Positions 8,534 through 15,980 are shown, numbered from the stretch's first letter. The stretch is 19,703 nucleotides of DNA from an uncultured bacterium (GCA_964619725.1 CAZUFC010000030.1:1-19703), one strand, 5' to 3'. The notes: generated by a model from the letters alone, not told the origin. Numbers and translations: made by a program.

Positions 8534-9922
8534 CTAATGCTCAAGCAGTTTTTCCTTGCGATAACGGAAAGTATGATGATTCATGTTCAACAGCTTGGCG
8601 GCCTTGCTGGCATTGCCTTCGGCCATTTGTTCGGCCTGTCTGATGTAATACTTTTCCATCTCTTCCTTGGCCTCGTTCAGATCAATGCCGGCGGGAGGAA
8701 GAGGCGGGAAAGCCATAAACCCATGCGATGGTTCGGTTGTCGATACTGCCGGCGCTGATTTTATGCCCAGGTCATCCACGGTTATCTCAGGTCCCTTCCC
8801 CATCAATACGGCCCTCTCCATCATGTTCTTCAGTTCTCTGACATTGCCGGACCAATTATATGCCTTCAAAGCGCATTTCGTCTCATCGGATATCCTTGTG
8901 AATTTTTTGTCGAATTTTTTAGAGTATTCGACCAGAAAATGCTCGGCCAGGGGAATAATATCTGACGGCCTCTGATTCAACGACGGCACCTGAAGCTTTA
9001 TGACCCCTAAACGGAAATAAAGGTCTTTCCTGAATTTTTCCTCTTCAATCAGCTTATTGATGTCCTTGTTGGTCGCAGAGACGATTCTCGTCGTTAATTT
9101 TATCTTTTTAGTCCCGCCGACCCTGTAAAATTCGCCGCTTTCGAGAAAACGTAATAACTTCGCCTGAGCCTGCAGACTTAAATCGCCTACTTCGTCTAAA
9201 AAAAGCGTACCGTCCTGCGACTGCTCGATTAATCCCTTCTTGCCTGTCGCACGAGCGCCGCTGAAAGCCCCCTTCTCATAACCAAAAAGTTCGCTCTCTA
9301 TGAGGTCCTCCGGTATGGCCGCACAATTAACGGGAATAAAAGGACCCCGAAAATTGGGACTCCGGTAATGTATCGCCTCCGCCAGCAGCTCCTTTCCCGT
9401 TCCCGTCTCGCCTACTATCAGAACAGGCGTATCCGCGCTCTTCGCCACCTTTTTGATCAATCCCATCACATCCTGTATCGCATCGCTTTCCCCTATGAAA
9501 CAGGGCATGTTCTCCGTTATATACTTCTCCTGTAAATTCCGGTATTCCAGTCGCATCCGCATGCTGTCCAACGCATTGCGCACCAATAACTCCAAACGAT
9601 CCATATCCACCGGCTTGACGACATAATCATACGCCCCCAGCTTCATCGACGACACGACCGAATCCACATCCTCGTACGCCGTTATCATTATCACCAGTAT
9701 CTCCGGAAACAACTTCTTCATTTTCCGGAATACTTCTATACCGCTGAGGTCCGGCAAACCTATATCCAGCAATACCAGGTGAGGCGGCTCCTTCTCCATG
9801 CCCTTCAATGCCGACTGACCCGTTGAAAAAGTCTTCACCTCATAATCACGCTCGAAAATGATCTTCATTCCCTTGCAAATCGATTCCTCGTCATCAACTA
9901 TGAATATTTTGTATTCGCTCAT
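8534..9922 (-). CDS. sigma54-dependent response regulator (NtrC/AtoC family: receiver, AAA+, Fis-type HTH)
   Basis: Receiver IVDDE...LLDIGLP...YVVKP; Walker A GETGTGKE; ESELFGYEKGAFSGA; Walker B LFLDEV; FRKDLYFRL; WSGNVRELKN; HTH GNASKAAKLL. Start at ATG 9922 (AAGGGG RBS) or 9937. Confidence 0.95.
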   Translation of the reverse strand: MSEYKIFIVDDEESICKGMKIIFERDYEVKTFSTGQSALKGMEKEPPHLVLLDIGLPDLSGIEVFRKMKKLFPEILVIMITAYEDVDSVVSSMKLGAYDYVVKPVDMDRLELLVRNALDSMRMRLEYRNLQEKYITENMPCFIGESDAIQDVMGLIKKVAKSADTPVLIVGETGTGKELLAEAIHYRSPNFRGPFIPVNCAAIPEDLIESELFGYEKGAFSGARATGKKGLIEQSQDGTLFLDEVGDLSLQAQAKLLRFLESGEFYRVGGTKKIKLTTRIVSATNKDINKLIEEEKFRKDLYFRLGVIKLQVPSLNQRPSDIIPLAEHFLVEYSKKFDKKFTRISDETKCALKAYNWSGNVRELKNMMERAVLMGKGPEITVDDLGIKSAPAVSTTEPSHGFMAFPPLPPAGIDLNEAKEEMEKYYIRQAEQMAEGNASKAAKLLNMNHHTFRYRKEKLLEH

Positions 9923-10007
9923 CTGCCCCTTTTCCATTCACCCGTCTTTATCTTGTATCCCGTCAAGTCGACAGGGCGTTATATCCTGAAGCACGCGTTC
10001 CCGGTAA

Positions 10008-10036
10008 AAAATACCAGTCGCACGCCGCACTGTCAA
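10008..10036 (-). promoter_or_regulatory. Candidate sigma70 promoter of the NtrC-family gene
   Basis: Minus strand TTGACA (10036-10031)-17 bp-TATTTT (10013-10008), with a TGn extended -10. Confidence 0.55.
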
Positions 10037-10093
10037 TCCGACGCCATCGTCACTCCTCAGCAGATACCATTATATGCTCATTCGTCAATCGTC

Positions 10094-10468
10094 TTATGCC
10101 AGATCAGCCAGAGCTTCCTCCAACTTCTCTATGTTGATCGGTTTTTCCAAAGCGTCATTCGCTCCCGCAGACAATGCCGCAGAAAAAACCTCCGGCTCAG
10201 CATAAGCCGATATGAACAACTTCAGCGCTTCCCTGTTTTTAATTCTTTTCAAGAATTCCAGACCGTCCATTCCGGGCAACTTGTAATCGACAATGATCAA
10301 ATCGTAATTGCCGCCGCCGTCAATCATCTCCAACGCTTCCTCAGCCGTTTCCGCCACGTCGATTTTCTGACCTATGCACTTCATGTAAAGACTCAAAGAG
10401 TGCCTGATCCACTGATCGTCATCCACCAGCAGCATCCTCGATATTAATAAATCATCATAAATGCTCAT
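10094..10468 (-). CDS. Single-domain response regulator (CheY-like receiver)
   Basis: LLVDDD...IIVDYKLPGMDGLEFL...ISAY...LEKP, with no output domain. The start is uncertain (ATG 10468; the frame stays open further upstream). Confidence 0.9.
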   Translation of the reverse strand: MSIYDDLLISRMLLVDDDQWIRHSLSLYMKCIGQKIDVAETAEEALEMIDGGGNYDLIIVDYKLPGMDGLEFLKRIKNREALKLFISAYAEPEVFSAALSAGANDALEKPINIEKLEEALADLA

Positions 10469-10574
10469 CGTAAAATTTCCCGATTCATTAAAATTCAAAA
10501 AAAATTCACCTGCTTTATCGATTGAAAACAGCGCTCCTTTTTCGTTAGCACCCTTTTCGTTAAAAGTAAAATTC

Positions 10575-10715
10575 TCACCAAAAGTTTTTCCTTTTAATCA
10601 ATAGTAGATCACATCCGAATCCTCCCGTTATTGAAACGCATGACCGGCTACTCCATCCTCTCCTCCTGATTCGATTTTCTCTGACGGCAAAGTAATCGGT
10701 CATGGGTTTCATCAT
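10575..10715 (-). CDS. Possible 46-aa leader ORF (MMKPMTDYFAVRENRIRRRGWSSRSCVSITGGFGCDLLLIKRKNFW)
   Basis: AAGGGGG followed by ATG ATG just downstream of the -12 element of the minus-strand sigma54 motif. No recognisable motif; it may be non-coding. Confidence 0.25.
   Translation of the reverse strand: MMKPMTDYFAVRENRIRRRGWSSRSCVSITGGFGCDLLLIKRKNFW
10632..10711 (-). ncRNA. Candidate structured leader or sRNA hairpin with a GGA-rich loop
   Basis: 21-nt arms at 10632-10652 and 10691-10711 (18 Watson-Crick pairs plus 1 G-U). Inner CCGUC/GAUGG pairing. The loop contains CAGGAGGAGAGGAUGGA. Confidence 0.4.
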
Positions 10716-10740
10716 ACCCCCTTATTCTCAAAAGATGCAA

Positions 10741-10756
10741 TGCAAAATTCACGCCG
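10741..10756 (-). promoter_or_regulatory. sigma54 -24/-12 promoter pointing at the receiver/NtrC genes
   Basis: CGGCGTGAATTTTGCA (GG-N10-GC with TTGCA). Confidence 0.7.
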
Positions 10757-10837
10757 TTCGTCGCCGTTCCGATTTATGAACAGTTCCTTACGCCGAAACC
10801 GAACAGCCTTCATTCTTTCTTCGTTCAAACCGCAGAA

Positions 10838-10853
10838 AGGAACAGTTATTGCA
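10838..10853 (+). promoter_or_regulatory. sigma54 -24/-12 promoter of amrS
   Basis: AGGAACAGTTATTGCA, 41 nt before ATG 10895. Confidence 0.75.
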
Positions 10854-10894
10854 TAATTAACGGCGGACAAGGAAGAAAAACAAAGGACAGGAAA

Positions 10895-11965
10895 ATGAAA
10901 GAAGCTGAATTTTACGAAAAAACAGAAAATAATGAAGTCAGGTGCCGGTTGTGTTCGCATTACTGCAGGATCGTAGAAGGGCGTCGGGGTTTCTGTCTGG
11001 TCCGGAAAAACGAATCGGGCGTATTGTACAGCCTGGTTTACGGTCGAGTGATAGCCAGGCATGCCGACCCGATTGAGAAAAAGCCATTATTTCATTTTTA
11101 TCCGGGTTCGTCAGCCTATTCCATAGCGACGCCGGGATGTAATTTTCGATGTCAGTGGTGTCAGAACGTTGAGATTGTGGAATTAGGAAAGCGAATGGAT
11201 AATTTGAACATAATGGAGATCGAACCGGAGGATATAATAGAGGAGGCGGAAGCGAAGGATTGTCTGACGATAGCTTACACTTATACGGAGCCCACGGTAT
11301 TTTTTGAATATGCGCGTGATGTAGCCGGGTTAAACAAAGCGAGAGGCGGTTACAACGTATTCGTAACGAACGGTTTTATGACGGAGGAGGGGCTGGAGGA
11401 AGCGGCGGGTTTTTTAGATGCGGTCAATGTTGATTTGAAATCATTCAAGGATGAGACGTACAGAAAATATACCGGCGGTCGCTTGAAACCTGTGCTGAAA
11501 AGTCTGAAGAAGATGAAGGAGTTGGGAATTTGGGTGGAAGCGACGACCCTGATTATTCCCGGCATCAATGATGAACAGGACGAGCTGGAAGAAATGGCCG
11601 GTTTCATAGCAGAGGAGCTGGGCAAGGAAACGCCCTGGCACATTACCCGTTTTTCGCCGGCTCACAAGCTGATCAATGTTCCGCCGACGCCTCCGGCAAC
11701 CCTGGAACGGGCATTCGAGACCGGCAAACGACTGGGATTGAAATATGTTTATAAAGGCAACATATTATCGGAAATCAACACCTATTGCTCTGAATGCGGG
11801 AAATTGCTGATAAAACGGGGATGGTCTTCCGTCACGGAAAACCGGATCAACGAAAACGGCGCCTGCCCCCATTGCGGCGAAACCATTGCCGGCGTTGGAA
11901 TGGGAAAAAATTCGAAGGTTGATCGAACACAAGTCACATTTGATTCAAAAAAATCGACGCAATAA
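10895..11965 (+). CDS. amrS: AmmeMemoRadiSam system radical SAM enzyme
   Basis: N-terminal CRLCSHYC...GFCLVR, DPIEKKPLFHF, radical SAM motif CNFRCQWC, AYTYTEP, VTNGF, NVDLKSF, C-terminal CSEC/CPHC. Confidence 0.93.
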   Translation: MKEAEFYEKTENNEVRCRLCSHYCRIVEGRRGFCLVRKNESGVLYSLVYGRVIARHADPIEKKPLFHFYPGSSAYSIATPGCNFRCQWCQNVEIVELGKRMDNLNIMEIEPEDIIEEAEAKDCLTIAYTYTEPTVFFEYARDVAGLNKARGGYNVFVTNGFMTEEGLEEAAGFLDAVNVDLKSFKDETYRKYTGGRLKPVLKSLKKMKELGIWVEATTLIIPGINDEQDELEEMAGFIAEELGKETPWHITRFSPAHKLINVPPTPPATLERAFETGKRLGLKYVYKGNILSEINTYCSECGKLLIKRGWSSVTENRINENGACPHCGETIAGVGMGKNSKVDRTQVTFDSKKSTQ

Positions 11966-11974
11966 ATTCCTTTT

Positions 11975-12257
11975 TCAACGGATAATTCTTCTTCGATAGG
12001 AGAACACCCCCAGGACTGCGGCGAATATGACTGAGCCGATTATTGCCCACACTATGGGGAATGGTTCGCCTTGAATATTGATAACCAGCAGGCGCGGCAG
12101 TTCCAGGGCGCCGGCCAGCCATTTTCCCAGAAAAGCGCCGATAAGCCCCACGCCGGTTGAAACCAGGCATCCTCCGAGGGAATACCCGGCCAGTAATTGT
12201 CCTATAGCGCCGCAAACGGCTGCAATGGAGTAAAAGCAAGAATCCTATTATATTCAC
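11975..12257 (-). pseudogene. GlsB/YeaQ/YmgE (transglycosylase-associated) family stress membrane protein, frameshifted after codon 10
   Basis: AGGAGG RBS and GTG 12257 give MNIIGFLLLL. Skipping one base at ~12227 continues IAAVCGAIGQLLAGYSLGGCLVSTGVGLIGAFLGKWLAGALELPRLLVINIQGEPFPIVWAIIGSVIFAAVLGVFSYRRRIIR* (TGA 11977-11975), which has three Gly-rich hydrophobic helices. Confidence 0.8.
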
Positions 12258-12384
12258 TTTTGTTCCTCCTGTGATGGTTGATGAGTAACGACAAGTTTTA
12301 AAACTCGGGCCTGAGTCAAATCAGAATTACCATTTATCCGAATCAGTTCTTCTCTTATCCGTGACAATCCGTGCTAACCGCTGT

Positions 12385-12400
12385 TGCGAAATATTTACCA
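12385..12400 (-). promoter_or_regulatory. Weaker sigma54-like motif upstream of the GlsB-like gene
   Basis: TGGTAAATATTTCGCA (GG-N10-GC; the -12 reads TCGCA rather than TTGCA). Confidence 0.35.
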
Positions 12401-12450
12401 CTGTTTCCAAAAGCCGGGACCTTTTTAATCACGTCCGAAAATTTCAGGCT

Positions 12451-14049
12451 TCATATCTTGTCCGCCATCTTCAACCAGTCCGCATCGCCTTTGGTAATAT
12501 CTTCTGCACTGGGACGCATATCGTTTTGAAGGCATGCATGAAGAGCGCACATTTCCTTCGGTCGGCTCATACCGGCTGCAGCGATCAGTTTTCCGCCGTA
12601 GAAATAATAGGCGATGAACTTACGTTCCTTTAAATCTCCGTCAATGAAGATATCGTCCCATTTTTCGGCGTGTCCGACATATTGCAGTCCTACGCCGAGC
12701 TGCCGGGTCCAGAAAAAGGGAATATCATTGAAGGCCGAACCTTTGCCTGCCATGTTACGCGCAGCGGCTCTTCCCTGCTGCTGAGCGGTTCGCCAGTGCT
12801 CAATCCTTATCCGTTTTCCCGTGGTGGGGCTGATGAACGCGGCTATGTCTCCCGCAGCATAGAGATTATTGTTTTCAAAACCTTTAACCCGCATGAACTC
12901 ATCAACGTCAACGCTTCCGTCCGAGTTCTTCATTTTTTCATCGAAATAATCCGTGGCCGGATCGACTCCTATACCCATTATAACCATGTCGGCGGGAATC
13001 GTTTCTTTATTTTCAAGAATCACTTTATCGACAGTCCCGTTTCCTTCAAACATCACCGGCCGCGTTTCCAGGCGCAGGTCTATTTCATTTTGTTCGTGCA
13101 ACTCTTTGAATACCTCTCCTATTTCCCTGCCGAAAATATTCTCAAACGGGACCGTTTCAGGAGCGGCAACCGTCACCAGAATACCCCGTCCGGCCAGGGA
13201 TGCAGCACACTCCATCCCTATGAAACTGGCTCCAATCACAACGGCAGTCTTGCTCATTTCCGCAGCCCGGATAATGTCCTCAGCATCTTCAAATGATCTT
13301 AAAGTGAAAACGCGGCCCAGTTCCGCCCCTGGAATTTTCAGTCGCCTGGGACGACCCCCTGTCGCTGCCAAAAGCTTGTCATATCCCAACGGTTGACCTT
13401 CTGTAAATTCTATTTTCTGTTTTAACGGATCAACTTTTTTTACCGTCTTACTCTTTAAGACTTCAATATTATGAAAATCATAAAAGGATTGTCCCCGAAT
13501 CGGAATCATGTCCAGGTCTTCATTCTGAGCCAGGTAACTCTTGCTTAACAACGTCCGGTCATAAGGAAACTGAATCTCCCGGGTTATCATCTTAATACGG
13601 CCTGTGAATCCTTTCCTACGGAGAGTTTCAACTGCTGCAGCTCCTGCGGCGCCTCCTCCCAGCACAACGAACAGCCGGTCCTCAGACACGCTTCCGCTTT
13701 TCTGCAGTTGAGGCGTTTTTCTGCCGGCGGCTCCCTGAGGAATCTTTACTATAACCTCATCTTTACGCACTTCAACGTCAAATTCTTCCAGATCATCAAA
13801 CGCCGGATAATTCTTCATCTCGCCGTTCTCCAGCGAAAATTCCGCATGATGCCAGGGACACATGACGCAGCCGCCTTCGGTTATGCCGTCCTCCAACGGA
13901 GCCCCGTGATGAGTGCATACTCCTCCGAAGGCGCGATACTCTCCGTCTTGCCTGGTCAGGATGACATCAATGTTGTCGTCGCTGACCTTTTTCAGTTCCC
14001 CATCGTTTAATTCATTTATCTTTGCAGCTTTTATTTCATTAAATTCCAT
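12451..14049 (-). CDS. Rieske [2Fe-2S] domain fused to an FAD/NAD(P)H ferredoxin-reductase-type oxidoreductase (AIF3-like architecture)
   Basis: Rieske motifs CTHHG...CPWH; FAD-binding GGGAAG; PYDRTLLSK; ATGG; GASFIGME; YAAGDIA; RIEHW; PFFWT. AAGGAG RBS. Confidence 0.93.
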   Translation of the reverse strand: MEFNEIKAAKINELNDGELKKVSDDNIDVILTRQDGEYRAFGGVCTHHGAPLEDGITEGGCVMCPWHHAEFSLENGEMKNYPAFDDLEEFDVEVRKDEVIVKIPQGAAGRKTPQLQKSGSVSEDRLFVVLGGGAAGAAAVETLRRKGFTGRIKMITREIQFPYDRTLLSKSYLAQNEDLDMIPIRGQSFYDFHNIEVLKSKTVKKVDPLKQKIEFTEGQPLGYDKLLAATGGRPRRLKIPGAELGRVFTLRSFEDAEDIIRAAEMSKTAVVIGASFIGMECAASLAGRGILVTVAAPETVPFENIFGREIGEVFKELHEQNEIDLRLETRPVMFEGNGTVDKVILENKETIPADMVIMGIGVDPATDYFDEKMKNSDGSVDVDEFMRVKGFENNNLYAAGDIAAFISPTTGKRIRIEHWRTAQQQGRAAARNMAGKGSAFNDIPFFWTRQLGVGLQYVGHAEKWDDIFIDGDLKERKFIAYYFYGGKLIAAAGMSRPKEMCALHACLQNDMRPSAEDITKGDADWLKMADKI

Positions 14050-14219
14050 AGTCCGTCGCTCCTTTGTTCTCTTGTTTTCCTTCCGAAATTGTTATTAAAA
14101 TTTTTTAAATCGTTTTCTTTCATACAATCTTTATCCTCTCCAGGAACAATTGCATCGTCACACTGAAAGGTCCGCCTTACCGGAACATGAAGCCCTGAAT
14201 GCTCCTGTGAATATTAAAG

Positions 14220-14235
14220 AGCAATTCTTGTACCG
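14220..14235 (-). promoter_or_regulatory. sigma54 -24/-12 promoter of the Rieske-FAD reductase
   Basis: CGGTACAAGAATTGCT, about 170 nt upstream of ATG 14049. Confidence 0.7.
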
Positions 14236-14368
14236 TTTCCGTCTTATCGCTCAGGAACTTCTAATCCAGCGCCTTTCCACAAAATCGTATCTTGATTCAA
14301 AATTTGAACATTGGTCAAAAATACGGCTTTTGAAGTAACAATTCTTCCGAAAATTCCATTATTTGGTT

Positions 14369-14422
14369 CCGATTTCGTTTTCGATTTCGATACCGATGCC
14401 GATACCGACCCCGATACTGAAA
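14369..14422. repeat. Degenerate hexamer tandem repeat (YCGATN x8)
   Basis: CCGATT TCGTTT TCGATT TCGATA CCGATG CCGATA CCGACC CCGATA, then CTGAAA. Confidence 0.75.
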
Positions 14423-14632
14423 TAAAGCGCTTTTTTAGGCTCAAATGATTTTCTTAATTTTTCTACGTTCAATGTTAGAAATTTTTCGAATTTTTTTCGA
14501 ATTTTCGCGACGGGAATCCGAAAGCCTTGCATAAAAATGAGTCCTTTCTTTTTATTTTATGGTCTTTATTTCATAAGCGGTTCCTGAATCATGGACTGAA
14601 AGGGGAGAAAAATTATGTTGGTCGATTCTGGC

Positions 14633-14648
14633 CGGCATTCTATTAGCA
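14633..14648 (+). promoter_or_regulatory. sigma54 -24/-12 promoter of pfpI-sor
   Basis: CGGCATTCTATTAGCA (GGCA at -24, GCA at -12), 92 nt before ATG 14741. Confidence 0.6.
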
Positions 14649-14740
14649 TATTAATTCATCGGTCTTATGCTTATGTTTGAACGAATCACATAATTCAAAC
14701 GAAACCGAAACGGTAATTTCATTTTACGAAAGGAGCGACC

Positions 14741-15250
14741 ATGGGGAGAATAGCCGTTATTGTTGATGATTATTTTGAGGATGTGGAGTATTCCTTGCCG
14801 GTGAAAAGATTTAAGGAAGCCGGTCATGATGTGGTCAATGTGGGCCTTAAAGAGGGTAAAACAGTTAAGGGCAAGAAGGAAGAGTTGCCGGTGGAGATTG
14901 AGGAGAAGGTCGACAAATCGGCAGTGAAGGAATTTGATGCTTTATTGATCCCCGGCGGTTATTCGCCGGACAAATTGAGGTCTCATTTTGAAGCCGTTGA
15001 GTTCGTGAAGGAATTTATGGAAAGCGGCAAGCCTGTATTTTCGATATGTCATGGTCCGCAACTGCTTATTACTGCGGATGTGTTAAAAGGTCGCACTCTT
15101 ACGGGCTGGAAATCCATCGTCCAGGACATAAAAAATGCTGGTGCGAAATATGTCGATTCGGACGTCGTGGAGGACGGGAATCTGATCACAAGCCGGGGGC
15201 CTTCGGACCTGGAAGTCTTCGTAAAAACCAGCCTTTCAAAACTTGAATAA
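14741..15250 (+). CDS. pfpI: PfpI/DJ-1/YhbO family (type 1 glutamine amidotransferase-like) protease/glyoxalase
   Basis: FEDVE, FDALLIPGGYSPDKLR, nucleophile elbow SICHGPQLL, VVEDGNLITSRGP. AAGGAG RBS. Confidence 0.95.
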   Translation: MGRIAVIVDDYFEDVEYSLPVKRFKEAGHDVVNVGLKEGKTVKGKKEELPVEIEEKVDKSAVKEFDALLIPGGYSPDKLRSHFEAVEFVKEFMESGKPVFSICHGPQLLITADVLKGRTLTGWKSIVQDIKNAGAKYVDSDVVEDGNLITSRGPSDLEVFVKTSLSKLE

Positions 15251-15324
15251 AAGACCGATTCGGTTTTCTTCGGTCTCAAAATTATCGAAAGTGAAAATAG
15301 CAACCGTAAAAAGGAGCAATTAAG

Positions 15325-15711
15325 ATGAAAGATTTTTTTCAAACAGCCGACTGGAAGTCGGAAAAGCACGTACCCGTCATAGAATTTCCTGAAGGAACGC
15401 AGAAAGGCAAGCCGCTGGCTTTTAAAGTATCCATAGGTAAAGAGATACCTCATCCCAATACAACGGAGCATCACATAGACTGGATTGAAGTCATATTTCA
15501 TCCGGAAAACGAGAAATTTCCCTATCAGATAGGCAAATTTGAATTCACGGCGCATGGGGCTTCGGTAGAAGGTCCTGACACCAGCACGATATACAGTCAT
15601 CCGGAAGTAAGCGGCGTGATGAAAACTCAGAAAAAGGGCACAATTTACGCACTGGCTTATTGCAACATCCATGGACTGTGGATGAACAGCGCCCCTGTTA
15701 ATCTGGAATAA
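15325..15711 (+). CDS. sor: 1Fe superoxide reductase (neelaredoxin-like, desulfoferrodoxin ferrous-iron-binding domain only)
   Basis: EKHVP, PHPNTTEHHIDW and YCNIHGLW supply the four His and the Cys ligand. No N-terminal desulforedoxin domain. Confidence 0.92.
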   Translation: MKDFFQTADWKSEKHVPVIEFPEGTQKGKPLAFKVSIGKEIPHPNTTEHHIDWIEVIFHPENEKFPYQIGKFEFTAHGASVEGPDTSTIYSHPEVSGVMKTQKKGTIYALAYCNIHGLWMNSAPVNLE

Positions 15712-15826
15712 TAAAAAGCTCGCAGATGGATTACCCGGCTTACAAAAAAAATTGCTGGTCAAGCAAGCTCTTCAGCCATAAGCCGCGTGAATCCATTCTG
15801 TATTTCACCCCATGATCGAAGCAAGC

Positions 15827-15866
15827 GCCCGGATTCGTTCTTGACGACGATCCGGGCTCGTTTTTT
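15827..15866 (+). terminator. Rho-independent terminator after pfpI-sor
   Basis: GCCCGGAT (15827-15834) / ATCCGGGC (15850-15857) stem followed by TCGTTTTTT. Confidence 0.65.
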
Positions 15867-15980
15867 GTGTTTCGTTTTGATAGAATAAGTAAACGGCAGT
15901 CGAATTAATCGCCGTAAAAGGCCTATCATTTTAACTTTTTAATTTCATATGCAAAAAGAAGCAAAAGGAGCGAAGGAAAA

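Noticed and set aside
11934-12257. 107-aa ORF as given in the ORF track
   Set aside because: Beyond codon 10 it is the wrong frame of the frameshifted membrane-protein gene.
14369-14422. CRISPR array
   Set aside because: The units are 6 bp with no unique spacers, and no cas genes are present in the window.
14244-14444. 66-aa ORF with SVSGSVSASVS
   Set aside because: The low-complexity translation is a by-product of the hexamer DNA repeat.
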